Shown here: piece by piece, positions 16,126 to 25,537 of the stretch
How the letters are laid out: each line of letters starts with the position of its first letter
Numbering within the stretch: the first letter of the stretch is position 1
Assembly (NCBI GenBank): GCA_035620975.1
Contig: DASPFV010000245.1
Span: 47,038 to 111,037, forward strand
DNA: 64,000 bases
Direction: 5' to 3'
Origin: Vicinamibacterales bacterium
GTDB lineage: Bacteria; Acidobacteriota; Vicinamibacteria; Vicinamibacterales; 2-12-FULL-66-21
Notes under the pieces: generated by a model
What the model was told of the DNA's origin: nothing
The model's input: only the letters and a program-made list of their open reading frames with translations
Databases searched by the model: none
Translations under genes and position numbers: made by a program

Positions 16126-17094
16126 TCACCGTGCCGGCGTCCCGCGCCCCGCCGCATCCGGCAGGTCGAGCGGAGTGCGCGGGTCCGTGGCCGAGGCCCG
16201 CCCGGCCGCGAGCCAGGCAAGCCGTGTCGCGAGGGACCCGGCGATCGTCGCGACCGCGGCGGCGACCAGCAGCCCGCGTGAACGCCGGCCGACGGCGCGC
16301 AGCAGGAGCGGAACGGGGCCCGAGAGCATCCCGGCCACGCGCATGAGCGTGCCGCTGCGACCGTGTCGAAGCGGATCGTCGTCGCGCTGCGGCACGGCTT
16401 CGAGCACGGCGCCAGCCGCCGACTCGAACGCCGCCGCAGCGATTCCGAGTCGATGGAGCGCGCGCTCCCGGTGGCCGAGCAGCTGCAGAATGGAGACGGC
16501 GGTTCCCAGCCCCGAGAACCCGAAGTGCAGCGGCAGCAGGCGCACGTGCCGGGCCCAGACCGGGATCGCCGTCACGCCGAGGAGCACGCCGGTATACGTA
16601 CTCATTCCCAGCCCGGTGAGCGCCGCGGCAGCCGCCGCGGCACGCTGGCCGCGGCGCACCAGCCGATGCTCGCGGACACGCGCGGGCAGGAAGTCGGCTC
16701 CCGCCGCCGCACCGGCCGCGCTCGAGAACGCCAGCACCGTCCAGACGCCGACCGACATCGGACTCTGTGGCTTGAGCACGCGCAGCATGTACAGGAATCG
16801 CGCCGGCCGGCCCAGGTCTGAAATCAGCAGCGCGGGCGAGAGCAGACCACCGGCCGCGGCCATGCGTCTCGCGTGCCGGACCAGGCCGGGATCCGCACCG
16901 CTGGCCCGCGCGGTTTCAGCGATCAGGGCCGCCGCCCCGGCCGCCCCCCCGACGAAGAAGTAGACGGGAATTTCCCACGTCCATACCGGCTTCTTGAGCA
17001 GCGGCAGGCCGTAATAGCCGGTCGCCGCCGACGCGATCGATTGCGGGACCGGCACCGCTCCCGGAGATCTCTCGACGTTTTCAGACATGGTCAC
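16126..17094 (-). CDS. NrfD/PsrC-type integral membrane subunit of the formate dehydrogenase complex
   Basis: YYGLPLLKKPVWTWEIPVYFFVGGAAGAAALIA and DLGRPARFLYMLRVLKPQSPMSVGVW. Overlaps the 4Fe-4S gene; the alternative ATG at 17088 gives an ATGTCTGA overlap. Confidence 0.8.
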   Translation of the reverse strand: MTMSENVERSPGAVPVPQSIASAATGYYGLPLLKKPVWTWEIPVYFFVGGAAGAAALIAETARASGADPGLVRHARRMAAAGGLLSPALLISDLGRPARFLYMLRVLKPQSPMSVGVWTVLAFSSAAGAAAGADFLPARVREHRLVRRGQRAAAAAAALTGLGMSTYTGVLLGVTAIPVWARHVRLLPLHFGFSGLGTAVSILQLLGHRERALHRLGIAAAAFESAAGAVLEAVPQRDDDPLRHGRSGTLMRVAGMLSGPVPLLLRAVGRRSRGLLVAAAVATIAGSLATRLAWLAAGRASATDPRTPLDLPDAAGRGTPAR

Positions 17095-17857
17095 GGCCGC
17101 CTCGCACGAATGCCAGCAGGCTCGCTGCGATCATCAGGCCGGCGGCTGCGGCCGCGCTGCGCCAGGCCGTCCCGTTCCGAACGGTCGGGATCTCTGGCGA
17201 GGGGGGCAGGTTGTACGCGCGGGGATCGCCGCGGAGCACGAAGAGCGCGTGAATCCCGCCCACGCTGGTCTCGCGTGGATCGTAGACGACGGCGTCGTCG
17301 ACGTCGCGGCGGCGCAGCGTCCCGACGCGTTCGGCGGCGAGCTCCCGAAGCTCGTCCAGCTCGCCGAACAGGATTGACTGCGTCGGGCACGCCTTGGCAC
17401 AGGCCGGCACGAGACCGTCCCGCTGGCGGTCGTAGCAGAACGTGCACTTGAACGCGCGGCCGTCATCCGGCCGCCGGTCGATGACGCCGAAGGGACACGA
17501 CACCACGCAGTAGCCGCAGCCGTTGCAGATGTCGGGCTGCACGTAGACCCCGCCGAACTCCGTTCGGACGATCGATCCGGTGGGACAGGCTTCGAGGCAG
17601 CCGGCGTGCTCGCAATGCTTGCATACGTCGGAGGAGAAGAGCCACGAGGGCGCGGAGGCGGCCGCGCCCACCGGCGGAGATTCGACGAATTTCACGTGCC
17701 GCCACGTCGAGTGGCCGAGCGCGAGCGTGTTGTCGTAAGACAGCCCCGACAGCGAGAAGCGATCGGCCGGGACGCCGTTCCACTCCTTGCAGGCGACCTC
17801 GCAGGCCTTGCACCCGATGCACAGCGTCGAGTCGGTCAGAAATGCGGTGGTTGGCAT
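17081..17857 (-). CDS. Formate dehydrogenase iron-sulfur (4x[4Fe-4S]) subunit with a C-terminal TM anchor
   Basis: Last 258 codons of ORF 17081..19522: CIGCKACEVACKEWN, CKHCEHAGCLEACP, CNGCGYCVVSCPF, CTFCYDR...CAKACP. The tail is hydrophobic (GLMIAASLLAFV). Confidence 0.9.
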   Translation of the reverse strand: MPTTAFLTDSTLCIGCKACEVACKEWNGVPADRFSLSGLSYDNTLALGHSTWRHVKFVESPPVGAAASAPSWLFSSDVCKHCEHAGCLEACPTGSIVRTEFGGVYVQPDICNGCGYCVVSCPFGVIDRRPDDGRAFKCTFCYDRQRDGLVPACAKACPTQSILFGELDELRELAAERVGTLRRRDVDDAVVYDPRETSVGGIHALFVLRGDPRAYNLPPSPEIPTVRNGTAWRSAAAAAGLMIAASLLAFVRGGRDHV

Positions 17858-17928
17858 CGCGATGTCGTGTTGCTGAGCTCCTCTGGCTGGCGGCCGCTGG
17901 CACCGAGGGCAGCAGCCCGCAGCTGCGA

Positions 17929-20900
17929 TCAGCGGCTGTCCGCCCGCCGCGGCTCGATTCGGCAGACCAGCGCCTTGGACTCCATGATGCGCACGTTGGG
18001 CTCCTGCGATATCGGCAGCAGGTCGTTGACGACGTCTCCCTTGACCAGGCCGCGATAGCCCCAGTGGTACGGGAGACCGACCTGATGCACCGTCCGGCCG
18101 TTCACCTGCAGCGTCGGAATCCGCGTCGTCACGAGGACGCGGGCGGCGATGCGCGCGCGCGGCGTCGCGATCGTCGCCCAGCCACCGTGGATCAGGCCCG
18201 TCAGTTCCGCGAGATCCGGCGAGACCTCGCAGAACAGCTCCGGCTGCAGCTCGGCGAGGTGCGAGAGCGTTCTCGTCATCCCGCCGGCGGTGTGATGCTC
18301 CGTCAAGCGATAGGTCGTCAACACGAAGGGATACTCCGGGTCCGGCGAACGCGCGTACGGATTGTCGGGCCGGAGCTTCGGATCGGCCGCGGGGTTCGTG
18401 GACTGGGCGTAGAGCAGGTTCGCGACCGGCGACTCCAACGGCTCGTAGTGGGTCGGGAGCGGACCATCCTTGAGACCGCTCGGGACCCACAGCCAGCCGA
18501 GGCCGTCCTCGTGCATGATGAACGGCGCGTCGCCGGGCAGTGCCCGATCGCCGGTTTCCCCGGGGTCGCCAGAGTAGTCCGGCGCCTTGTCGGACACGAA
18601 GTCCGGCACGTCCAGGCCCGTCCACCGGCGCGTGGCGGTGTCCCACCAGACGAGCTTCTTGCGGTCGCTCCAGGGCTTCCCGTCGGGGGCTGCCGAGGCC
18701 CGGTTGTAAAGGATGCGGCGATCGGCCGGCCACGCGAAGCCCCATCCGTGCCCGTACGGTCCACGCGGCGTGCGCCCGTTCGCCCGGTTCTCGCCCTCCC
18801 GAGGGCAGACCCCCGAGTAGATCCAGCACCCGCAGGCCGTGCTCCCGTCGTCCTTCAACTCGGTGAACCCGCCGAGCAGGTGCCGGTCCGCGACACGCCA
18901 GCCGTTGATTTCCTGCAGCACCTGCTCGGCGACGGGCTCGGCGTGAGGACCTTCGATGCGGTAATCCCACCAGAGCGCGCGGAGGCCGGCGTTCCGGGGG
19001 CGCGGATCGCCCGCCGCCCGTGCCCGCAGCCGTCGTCCGAGGTGGTAGATGAACCACAGCTCGCTCCGGGCGTCGCCGGGGGCCTCGACGGCTTTCTCGC
19101 GCCACTGGAGCAGGCGCTGTGTATTGGTGAACGTGCCTTCTTTCTCCGCATGACCCGCGGCGGGGAAGAAGAACACTTCCGTCTCGATGTCTTCCGTCCG
19201 CAGCTCGCCGCGGGCGATCTCCGGCGAGTCGTGCCAGAAGCTCGCGGTCTCGCTCTCGACCAGGTCGCGGACGACGAGCCACTTGAGGCGCGCGAGCGCC
19301 TTCCGTTCGAGCCCGGCGTGCGGCGCGCCGACCGCCGGGTTCTGGCCCATCACGAACAGCCCCTCCATCCGGCCGTCCATCATGTCGAGCCAGTACTGAA
19401 GGTGCGAGTGATCGCCGGTCACGCGCGGCAGCCAGTCGAACCCGAAGTCGTTCTGGATCGTCGCGTGCTCGCCGTAGTAGGCCTTGAGGAGGCTGGCCGA
19501 GTACCTTGGGAAGTTGGCCCACCAGCCCGTGCGCTCGGTGTGGGCGCGGTTGTAGGCGGACAGGCTGGACGCATCGACGCCGAAGAACGGCATCGGCAGA
19601 TAGCCGGGGAGGATGTCGTAGAGCGTCGGGATGTCCGTGGATCCCTGGATGGACGCGTGGCCGCGCAGGGCCAGAATGCCGCCGCCCGGCCGTCCGATGT
19701 TGCCGAGCAGGAGCTGGAGGATGGCCGCGGTCCGGATGATTTGCACGCCCACGGAATGCTGCGTCCAGCCGACGGCGTAGCAGATCGCGCCAGTTCGCTC
19801 CGGGCCTGAAGCTGCGCAGAACGCTTCGGCGACGCGCCGGAACTGCGCCTGCGGGACGCCGCAGATGCGCTCCACCATCTCGGGCGTATACCGCTCGAAA
19901 TGCCGTTTCAGAACCTGGAACACGCAGCGCGGGTGCTGCAGCGACTGATCCCGTCCGAAGTCCCCGAGATCGGCCGCCTCGCCCCCTCGATCCTTGCCGT
20001 GTCCGCCTGCGGACGGATCCTGCGCGCTGTCACGCCTGCCGCCCCGTGGCGCGCCGCGGTACAGCCATGTGCCAGGGTCGTAGCGCCGCCGTTCGGAGTC
20101 CCATCCCGAGAACAGCCCGTCCAGATCGTCCGGCAGCGCCACGTCCTCGCGGAGGATGGTGCCGGCGTTGGTGTAGTGCGCGACGTACTCACGGAACTCG
20201 CGGCCGTGCTCGAGGACGTAGTGAATCAGGGCACCGAGGAACACGATATCGGTGCCCGGTCGGAGGGGAACCCAGATATCGGCCATCGCCGAGGTGCGCG
20301 TGAATCGAGGGTCCACGTGAATGACCGTCGCGCCACGCTCGCGCGCTTCGACGACGAAGCGGAAGCCGACCGGGTGCTGCTCGGCCATCGACGAGCCCAT
20401 GATCAGGATGGCGTCGGCGTTCACGAGATCCTGCTGAGCCGTCGTTGCCCCGCCGCGGCCGAACGAAGTGCCCAGACCGGGCACTGTGGAGCTGTGTCAT
20501 ATCCGGGCCTGGTTGCTGACGCAGACCATTCCGAGGCCGGCGGTGAACAGCTTCTTGATCAGGTAGTTCTCCTCGATGTCGAGCGTGGCGCCTCCGAGAT
20601 GTGCGATGGACGGGCACTGCATGACGACCTGGTCGTCGCGGCGCTCGATGAACGTCCGGTCTCGCGAGTCCCAGACGCGCTCCGCGAGCATGTCCATTGC
20701 GCGTTCGAGCGGAATCCGCTCCCACCTGGAGCTGCGCGGGGCGCGGTACTTGACCTGGGTCTCGCGGGCGGGATGCGTCAGCAGCTCGAAGCTCGCCGCG
20801 CCCTTGGGGCAGAGGTGGCCCTCCGAGACGGGCGACTCGGGGTCGCCTTCGATGGCAATCAGCCGGCCCTCGCGTTGGAAGATGAGCTGCCCGCAACCGA

Positions 20901-21123
20901 CGCCGCAATACGGGCAGATCGAGCGCGACACTCCGGCGCCCGCCGTTTTCGGCCGGAGCGCCCGGGTGGCGTCGCTCATCGACTCGGGACCGTTACCGTT
21001 CCGGCCGGTCCGGATCTGCTCGAGGAGCGGCCACCGCCGCACGACGTCGCGAAGACCCACGAAACCCTCCAGAGCAGCCTTGTCAGATGGGATTCGATCG
21101 GATGGCTCCGGGCACCGAAGCAC
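17929..21123 (-). CDS. Formate dehydrogenase catalytic (molybdopterin) subunit, selenocysteine-containing. In-frame TGA at complement 20497..20499
   Basis: ORFs 20497..21123 and 17929..20484 are one reading frame joined by a TGA: ...VCVSNQARI-U-HSSTVPGLGTSFGRGGAT (compare E. coli FdnG QARV-U-HGPTVA..FGRG). N-terminal CPYCGVGCG Fe-S motif. The start ATG 21123 is uncertain. Confidence 0.9.
20467..20485 (-). promoter_or_regulatory. SECIS-type hairpin 11 nt downstream of the UGA
   Basis: mRNA reads UGA CACAGCUCCAC AGUGCCC-GGUCU-GGGCACU, a 7-bp perfect stem with a GGUCU apical loop. As I remember it, the E. coli fdhF SECIS has an AGGUCU loop. Confidence 0.7.
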
Positions 21124-21219
21124 CGTAGCCGAGCATTCTCCGTGCTTCGGCTTCAGGTGTCCAGCGGTCTGCAGGATTCCCGGTGCCGCGACTGTACCGC
21201 GGTCCGCGCGACAGCCACT

Positions 21220-21510
21220 TCATTGAGGAATGCCTTCGCACGTGTACGCGCAGACCGTCACGCAACCGGTCGCGTCTGGCGCACACACCGTCCCGCAATC
21301 GTTGAAGCTGCCGTCGAGACTCCCGCAATGCTCCCGAAGCGCGCTGACGTCGACGCGACGTGACGTGGTGTAGACGATCTTCTCTCCGAAGTCGTGCATG
21401 ATTGGCACGTGTCTGCTGGGTGCGGGCGTGTCGTCGCAGGTCGAGGCGATCAGGCAGGCGGCCGCCAGACTCATCGCAAGCCGCACGGCGCGGGTGCTGC
21501 TTTCGTGCAT
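21220..21510 (-). CDS. Small exported Cys-rich protein
   Basis: Start at MHESSTRAV (AAGGGAGA RBS) with a signal-like LAMSLAAACLIAS. The C-terminus has 6 Cys: C-x9-C-x3-C-x6-C-x3-C-x3-C. It lies 96 nt upstream of fdhA on the same strand. Confidence 0.45.
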   Translation of the reverse strand: MHESSTRAVRLAMSLAAACLIASTCDDTPAPSRHVPIMHDFGEKIVYTTSRRVDVSALREHCGSLDGSFNDCGTVCAPDATGCVTVCAYTCEGIPQ

Positions 21511-21567
21511 GGGTCTCCCTTCCCGGGGGGCTTCCGCGACGTCGATCGCGTGGGACACGCCCTCGTA

Positions 21568-21855
21568 TCAATCGCCCGCCCCTCCGGGGCTGACCAGGAC
21601 TCGATCCACGCGGTTGCCGTCCATGTCGATCACCCCGAATCGGCGTCCTGCGCGCTCGAACACGTCACCGGTCCGCGGGACGCGGCCGAGCGCCAGCATC
21701 GCGAGCGCTCCGATCGTGTGGTAGTGCTGCCGATCCTCGTGGCTGACGCGATCGTCGGGCGTGGCGCTCACGCCGGCGATCTCCGCCATCGCGAAGCTGC
21801 CGTTGAGCAGGATGAGGAAGAGCAGGAGAGAAAGGTCGATGGCCACGTTCGCCAT
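21568..21855 (-). pseudogene. Remnant of a DUF21-CBS-CorC (HlyC/CorC, CNNM-type) transporter gene with the middle about 300 codons missing
   Basis: The 95-aa ORF joins the family N-terminus (LSLLLFLILLNGSFAMAEIAGVS) directly to the C-terminal CorC_HlyC module (YHTIGALAMLALGRVPRTGDVFERAGRRFGVIDMDGNRVDRVLV). Confidence 0.55.
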
Positions 21856-21879
21856 GCCCCCGGTGAAGCGGCGCGCCGG

Positions 21880-22258
21880 CTACGTGCGGCTCAGCGCGCG
21901 CGCGAGCTGGCGCTTGGACATCTTCGAGCGCCCCTCGATGTCCTGTTTCCGGGCCCGGTCGTACAGTTCGGCCTTCGTGTTGCCTTCATAGTCCACGCCG
22001 CCGAACGTCTCCCCCTTCCCACGCCGCTTCTCGGCCGTGGATTTCCTGCTGCGCGGGTCCGACGGCCCTTTCTCGTCCTTGGCCTTCCACCGATTGCCGA
22101 CTTTTTCGAACGAGTGCTTCAGGGAGGCGTAGGCCGTGCGATGCGCCCGCTGGCCCTCCCCGTATTGCTCGACGGCGTTGTCGTGCGTTTTCATGTACGT
22201 GCGCTGCGCCTTCGGGGACGACCGGCTTCAGGGTGGATGGAAGCTCGCTCTTCTTCAT
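21880..22258 (-). pseudogene. ChaB-family protein with a Rho_N-like tail, interrupted by an apparent 1-nt frameshift near 22225
   Basis: GGAGGA RBS + ATG 22258 gives MKKSELPSTLK. The frame then has to shift (ctgaag-c-cggtcg) to continue as RSSPKAQRTYMKTHDNAVEQYGEGQRAHRTAYASLKHSFEKVGNRW...GRSKMSKRQLARAL. The intact downstream ORF is 21880..22194. Confidence 0.6.
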
Positions 22259-22375
22259 GCCTTCCTCCATGGGAACACGTTGGGCCATGCCCGCGCTTTC
22301 AAGCAAACCGCGATCCTCTCGACGTCGGGTTGGCGCGCGGAATGTGGCCGGCGCGCCGCGTCAGACCGCCCAGCC

Positions 22376-25300
22376 TCATCGGCGCTCGTGGCCGCCTGGA
22401 CTGTCGGGCAGGACGCGTTCCGCCCCACGCGGTGCGGCCGGGCTCGATGCACGCCACCACTCCGACCGCCAGACCAGAGCGACCACGACCGCCAGGGCGG
22501 CTGCCACCAGGCTCGTGGCTACACCGGCCGGAAGCCGGCCGTCCCCGCGGCCCACGTACGCCCGTTCGGGGCAGTCGCCCGACGGTCCGGCCGGTCCTTC
22601 GCGCAGCGCCATGCGCAGCACATCGGCCAGGTGCAACGCACGGCGGTCCGACGCCTGTGCAATCTGCTCGCGACAGCTGAACCCGTCGGCCATGACGAGC
22701 GTGTCGCGCGCCGCCCGGCGGACCGCCGGCAGCAGCACGCGTTCGCCTACCGCCATCGACACCTCGTAGTGGTCGCGCTCGAAGCCGAACGAGCCCGCCA
22801 TGCCGCAGCAGCCGGCGTCAGGCTCGGTGGCCTGGATCCCCAGGCGGTCGAGGATCCCGAGCTCGGGGGCGAGCCCGCGCAGCGCTTTCTGATGACAGTG
22901 GCCGTGCAGCAGCGCTTGCCGCTCGAGCCTCAAGGGCGGCAGGCGATCCGCATGCTGCGCCAGGAACGTCCCGAGCGATGTGACCTGATCCCGAAGCCGC
23001 CTGGCGCGCGCCTCCTCCGGGAACAGGTTGACCAGCTCGTCCTGGAACACGGCGGCGCAGCTTGGCTCGAGGACCACGATCGGGATGCCGGCGTCGATTT
23101 CGCGCCGCAATCGGTCCATGATCTCAATCAGGTATCGCCGCGCCTCCGCGAGCATGCCGTAGTCGTACAGCGGCCGGCCGCAGCACAGGCGAGCACGTGG
23201 TATCTCCACGCAGAAGCCGGCCGCCTCGAGGATCTCGACGCCCGACATCGCCGTGTCCGGGTGGAAATGGTCGTTGAAGGTGTCGGGCCAGAGAATGACG
23301 CGAGGGCCTTCCGCGGAGGGCCTGGGCGGTCGCGCGAGGAAGCGGGTGCGGAACGTCTCGGGCGCGAACGCCGGGATCCGGCGTGCGAGCGGCATTCCGG
23401 CCGCCAGCTTGGCGATCTCCCTCAGCCCTGGCGTCCGCGCGCCCAGGTTGACGAGCCGGGGCGCCCGTTCCGCCAGCGTCGCCCACCGGCGGATCCAGCC
23501 GAACGTGTAGGCTGTGAGCGGGCGCCGGTGCTGTTCGTAGTAGTGAGCGAGGAACTCGGCCTTGTAGGTCGCCATGTCGACCGAAACCGGACACTCGCCC
23601 TTGCAGCCCTTGCAGGCCAGGCAGAGGTCGAGCGCCTCCTTCACCGCCTCGTTCTGCCATCCTCCGCGCAGCGGATCTCCCTGCAGCATCTCGAAGAGCA
23701 GCCGCGCGCGCCCGCGGGTGGCATGCTGCTCCTCGCGCGTCACCATGTAGCTCGGGCACATGGTCCCGGTGTCGAGCTTGCGGCACTTGCCTACGCCGAC
23801 GCACCGGAGCGTCGCGTGCGCGAAGTCCCCGCCGTCGTCGGGAAACCGGAACCACGTGTCGGGACGCGGCGGCGCGTAGGTGGCGCCGAGGCGGAGGTGC
23901 GAGTCGATCGGGTCTGCGTCGATGATCTTGCCGGGGTTCATCCGCCAGTCGGGATCCCAGATCGATTTGAACTCGCGGAACGCCTGCAGCATCGCCGGGC
24001 TGAACATCCGATCCAGCAGCTCGCCGCGGGCCTGGCCGTCGCCGTGGTCGCCGGAGAGCGATCCTCCGTGCCGCACCACGAGATCGGCGGCAGCCTCCAT
24101 GAACCTGCGATACGTGGCGATGCCCTCGGCGCGGGTCAGCTCGAAGTCCACGCGGCAGTGCACGCATCCCTGTCCGAAGTGACCGTAGAGATCGGCGTTG
24201 TACTCGAACCTGTCGAAGAGGGCCCGCAGGTCCCGCAGGTACCGGCCGAGCCGCGAGGGGGGCACGGCCGAGTCCTCCCACCCCGGCCACGTCGGATTCT
24301 CGCCCGACACGTGCGCCGTCGCCGCCAGGCCCGATTCGCGCAGCTCCCAGACGCGCGCCTGCTCCTGGGGGTCGGCAATGATCCGGCAGGTCGGCGCATC
24401 GCGATGCCGCCGGATCGCCGCGACGGCCGACTCGGCCTGCTCGCGGGCCTCCTCGGCCGCGTCGGCCCCGAACTCGGCCAGCAGCCATCCGCCCCCCTCG
24501 GGCAGCACTGAGACCTGCTCGCGCGAGACGCCGATCCGTCGAAGATCGTGCAGCAGCAGATCGTCCATGCCTTCCAGCCCGACGGGCCGGTGTCGGAGCA
24601 CGTCTTCGACGTGATCGGCGGCCTCGTAGACGCTGGGATATCCGAGCACGACGAGGATGCGGTGAGGCCGCACCGGAATCAGGGTCGTCGTCGCCTCGAG
24701 GACGATGGCCAGCGTGCTCTCGCTGCCGACGAGCGCGCGCGCGACGTGGAATCCGTGCTCCGGGAGCAGCGCCGGCAGGTTGTACCCGGAGACCCGTCGC
24801 GGGATGTCCACGAACTCCCGGCGGATCAGGGGCGCATGGCGATCGACGAAGGCGCGCAGCTCGCGGTAGATCTCGCCCTGCCGGCCGCCCCGGCGGATCG
24901 CGGCGTCGAGCTCCGCGTCGCTCGTGGCGCCGACGCGCATCCGGGTCCCGTCGTACGCGACGATCTCGAGCGACTCGATGCTGTCCGCGGTGGTGGGACC
25001 GGGTCCGTACTGCGCGGCCATGACGGAGTGGATCCCGCACGAGTTGTTGCCGATCATGCCCCCGAGCGTGCAGTACTGGTGCGTCGCGGGGTCCGGTCCG
25101 AACGTGAGATGGTGGCGGCTCGCGGCGTCGCGCAGCGCATCGAGCGGCGCTCCCGGCTGGACTCGCGCCCGGCGCCGCCCGGGATCGATCTCCAGCACCC
25201 GGTGCATGTACTTCGAGAAGTCGAGCACTACTGCCGTGTTGCAGCACTGACCGGCGAGGCTCGTACCGCCGCCGCGCCCGAGCACGGGCGCGCGGTGCGC

Positions 25301-25531
25301 GCGGCACTGCGCGAGCGTGTTCAGGACGTCCTCCGCGTCGCGCGGCACCACGACACCGATCGGCACCTGCCGATAGTTCGAGGCATCCGTGGCGTACAGC
25401 GCCCGGCTTCCGGCGTCGAAGCGCACTTCACCCCGGACGCGCCGCGCCAGGGCGTCGGCCAGCCCGTCAGCCGCGGCAGGGGAAGACGGTGTGTCGGCGA
25501 TCGGGATTGAGGCGACCGGGTGTCTGGGCAT
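22376..25531 (-). CDS. FAD-linked oxidase fused to an Fe-S/CCG-domain module (YdiJ-type 2-hydroxyacid dehydrogenase architecture), C-terminal TM helix
   Basis: 1051 aa. PIGVVVPRD...VLGRGGGTSLAGQ (FAD-binding PCMH). CLACKGCKGECP (4Fe-4S). Two Cys-rich CCG regions (LCCGRP, AGCCGMAG). Confidence 0.85.
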   Translation of the reverse strand: MPRHPVASIPIADTPSSPAAADGLADALARRVRGEVRFDAGSRALYATDASNYRQVPIGVVVPRDAEDVLNTLAQCRAHRAPVLGRGGGTSLAGQCCNTAVVLDFSKYMHRVLEIDPGRRRARVQPGAPLDALRDAASRHHLTFGPDPATHQYCTLGGMIGNNSCGIHSVMAAQYGPGPTTADSIESLEIVAYDGTRMRVGATSDAELDAAIRRGGRQGEIYRELRAFVDRHAPLIRREFVDIPRRVSGYNLPALLPEHGFHVARALVGSESTLAIVLEATTTLIPVRPHRILVVLGYPSVYEAADHVEDVLRHRPVGLEGMDDLLLHDLRRIGVSREQVSVLPEGGGWLLAEFGADAAEEAREQAESAVAAIRRHRDAPTCRIIADPQEQARVWELRESGLAATAHVSGENPTWPGWEDSAVPPSRLGRYLRDLRALFDRFEYNADLYGHFGQGCVHCRVDFELTRAEGIATYRRFMEAAADLVVRHGGSLSGDHGDGQARGELLDRMFSPAMLQAFREFKSIWDPDWRMNPGKIIDADPIDSHLRLGATYAPPRPDTWFRFPDDGGDFAHATLRCVGVGKCRKLDTGTMCPSYMVTREEQHATRGRARLLFEMLQGDPLRGGWQNEAVKEALDLCLACKGCKGECPVSVDMATYKAEFLAHYYEQHRRPLTAYTFGWIRRWATLAERAPRLVNLGARTPGLREIAKLAAGMPLARRIPAFAPETFRTRFLARPPRPSAEGPRVILWPDTFNDHFHPDTAMSGVEILEAAGFCVEIPRARLCCGRPLYDYGMLAEARRYLIEIMDRLRREIDAGIPIVVLEPSCAAVFQDELVNLFPEEARARRLRDQVTSLGTFLAQHADRLPPLRLERQALLHGHCHQKALRGLAPELGILDRLGIQATEPDAGCCGMAGSFGFERDHYEVSMAVGERVLLPAVRRAARDTLVMADGFSCREQIAQASDRRALHLADVLRMALREGPAGPSGDCPERAYVGRGDGRLPAGVATSLVAAALAVVVALVWRSEWWRASSPAAPRGAERVLPDSPGGHERR

Positions 25532-25537
25532 CGGGGA

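Noticed and set aside
17858-19522. N-terminal 555 codons of the 813-aa ORF 17081..19522
   Set aside because: This part is out of frame within the FdhA coding region. Only the last 258 codons carry the ferredoxin Cys motifs and have their own ATG.
20484-20499. Treating 20497..21123 and 17929..20484 as two separate genes (or a pseudogene split by a nonsense codon)
   Set aside because: Both share one reading frame, the QARI-U-HSST context matches the Sec site, and a SECIS-like hairpin follows. The stop is best read as selenocysteine.
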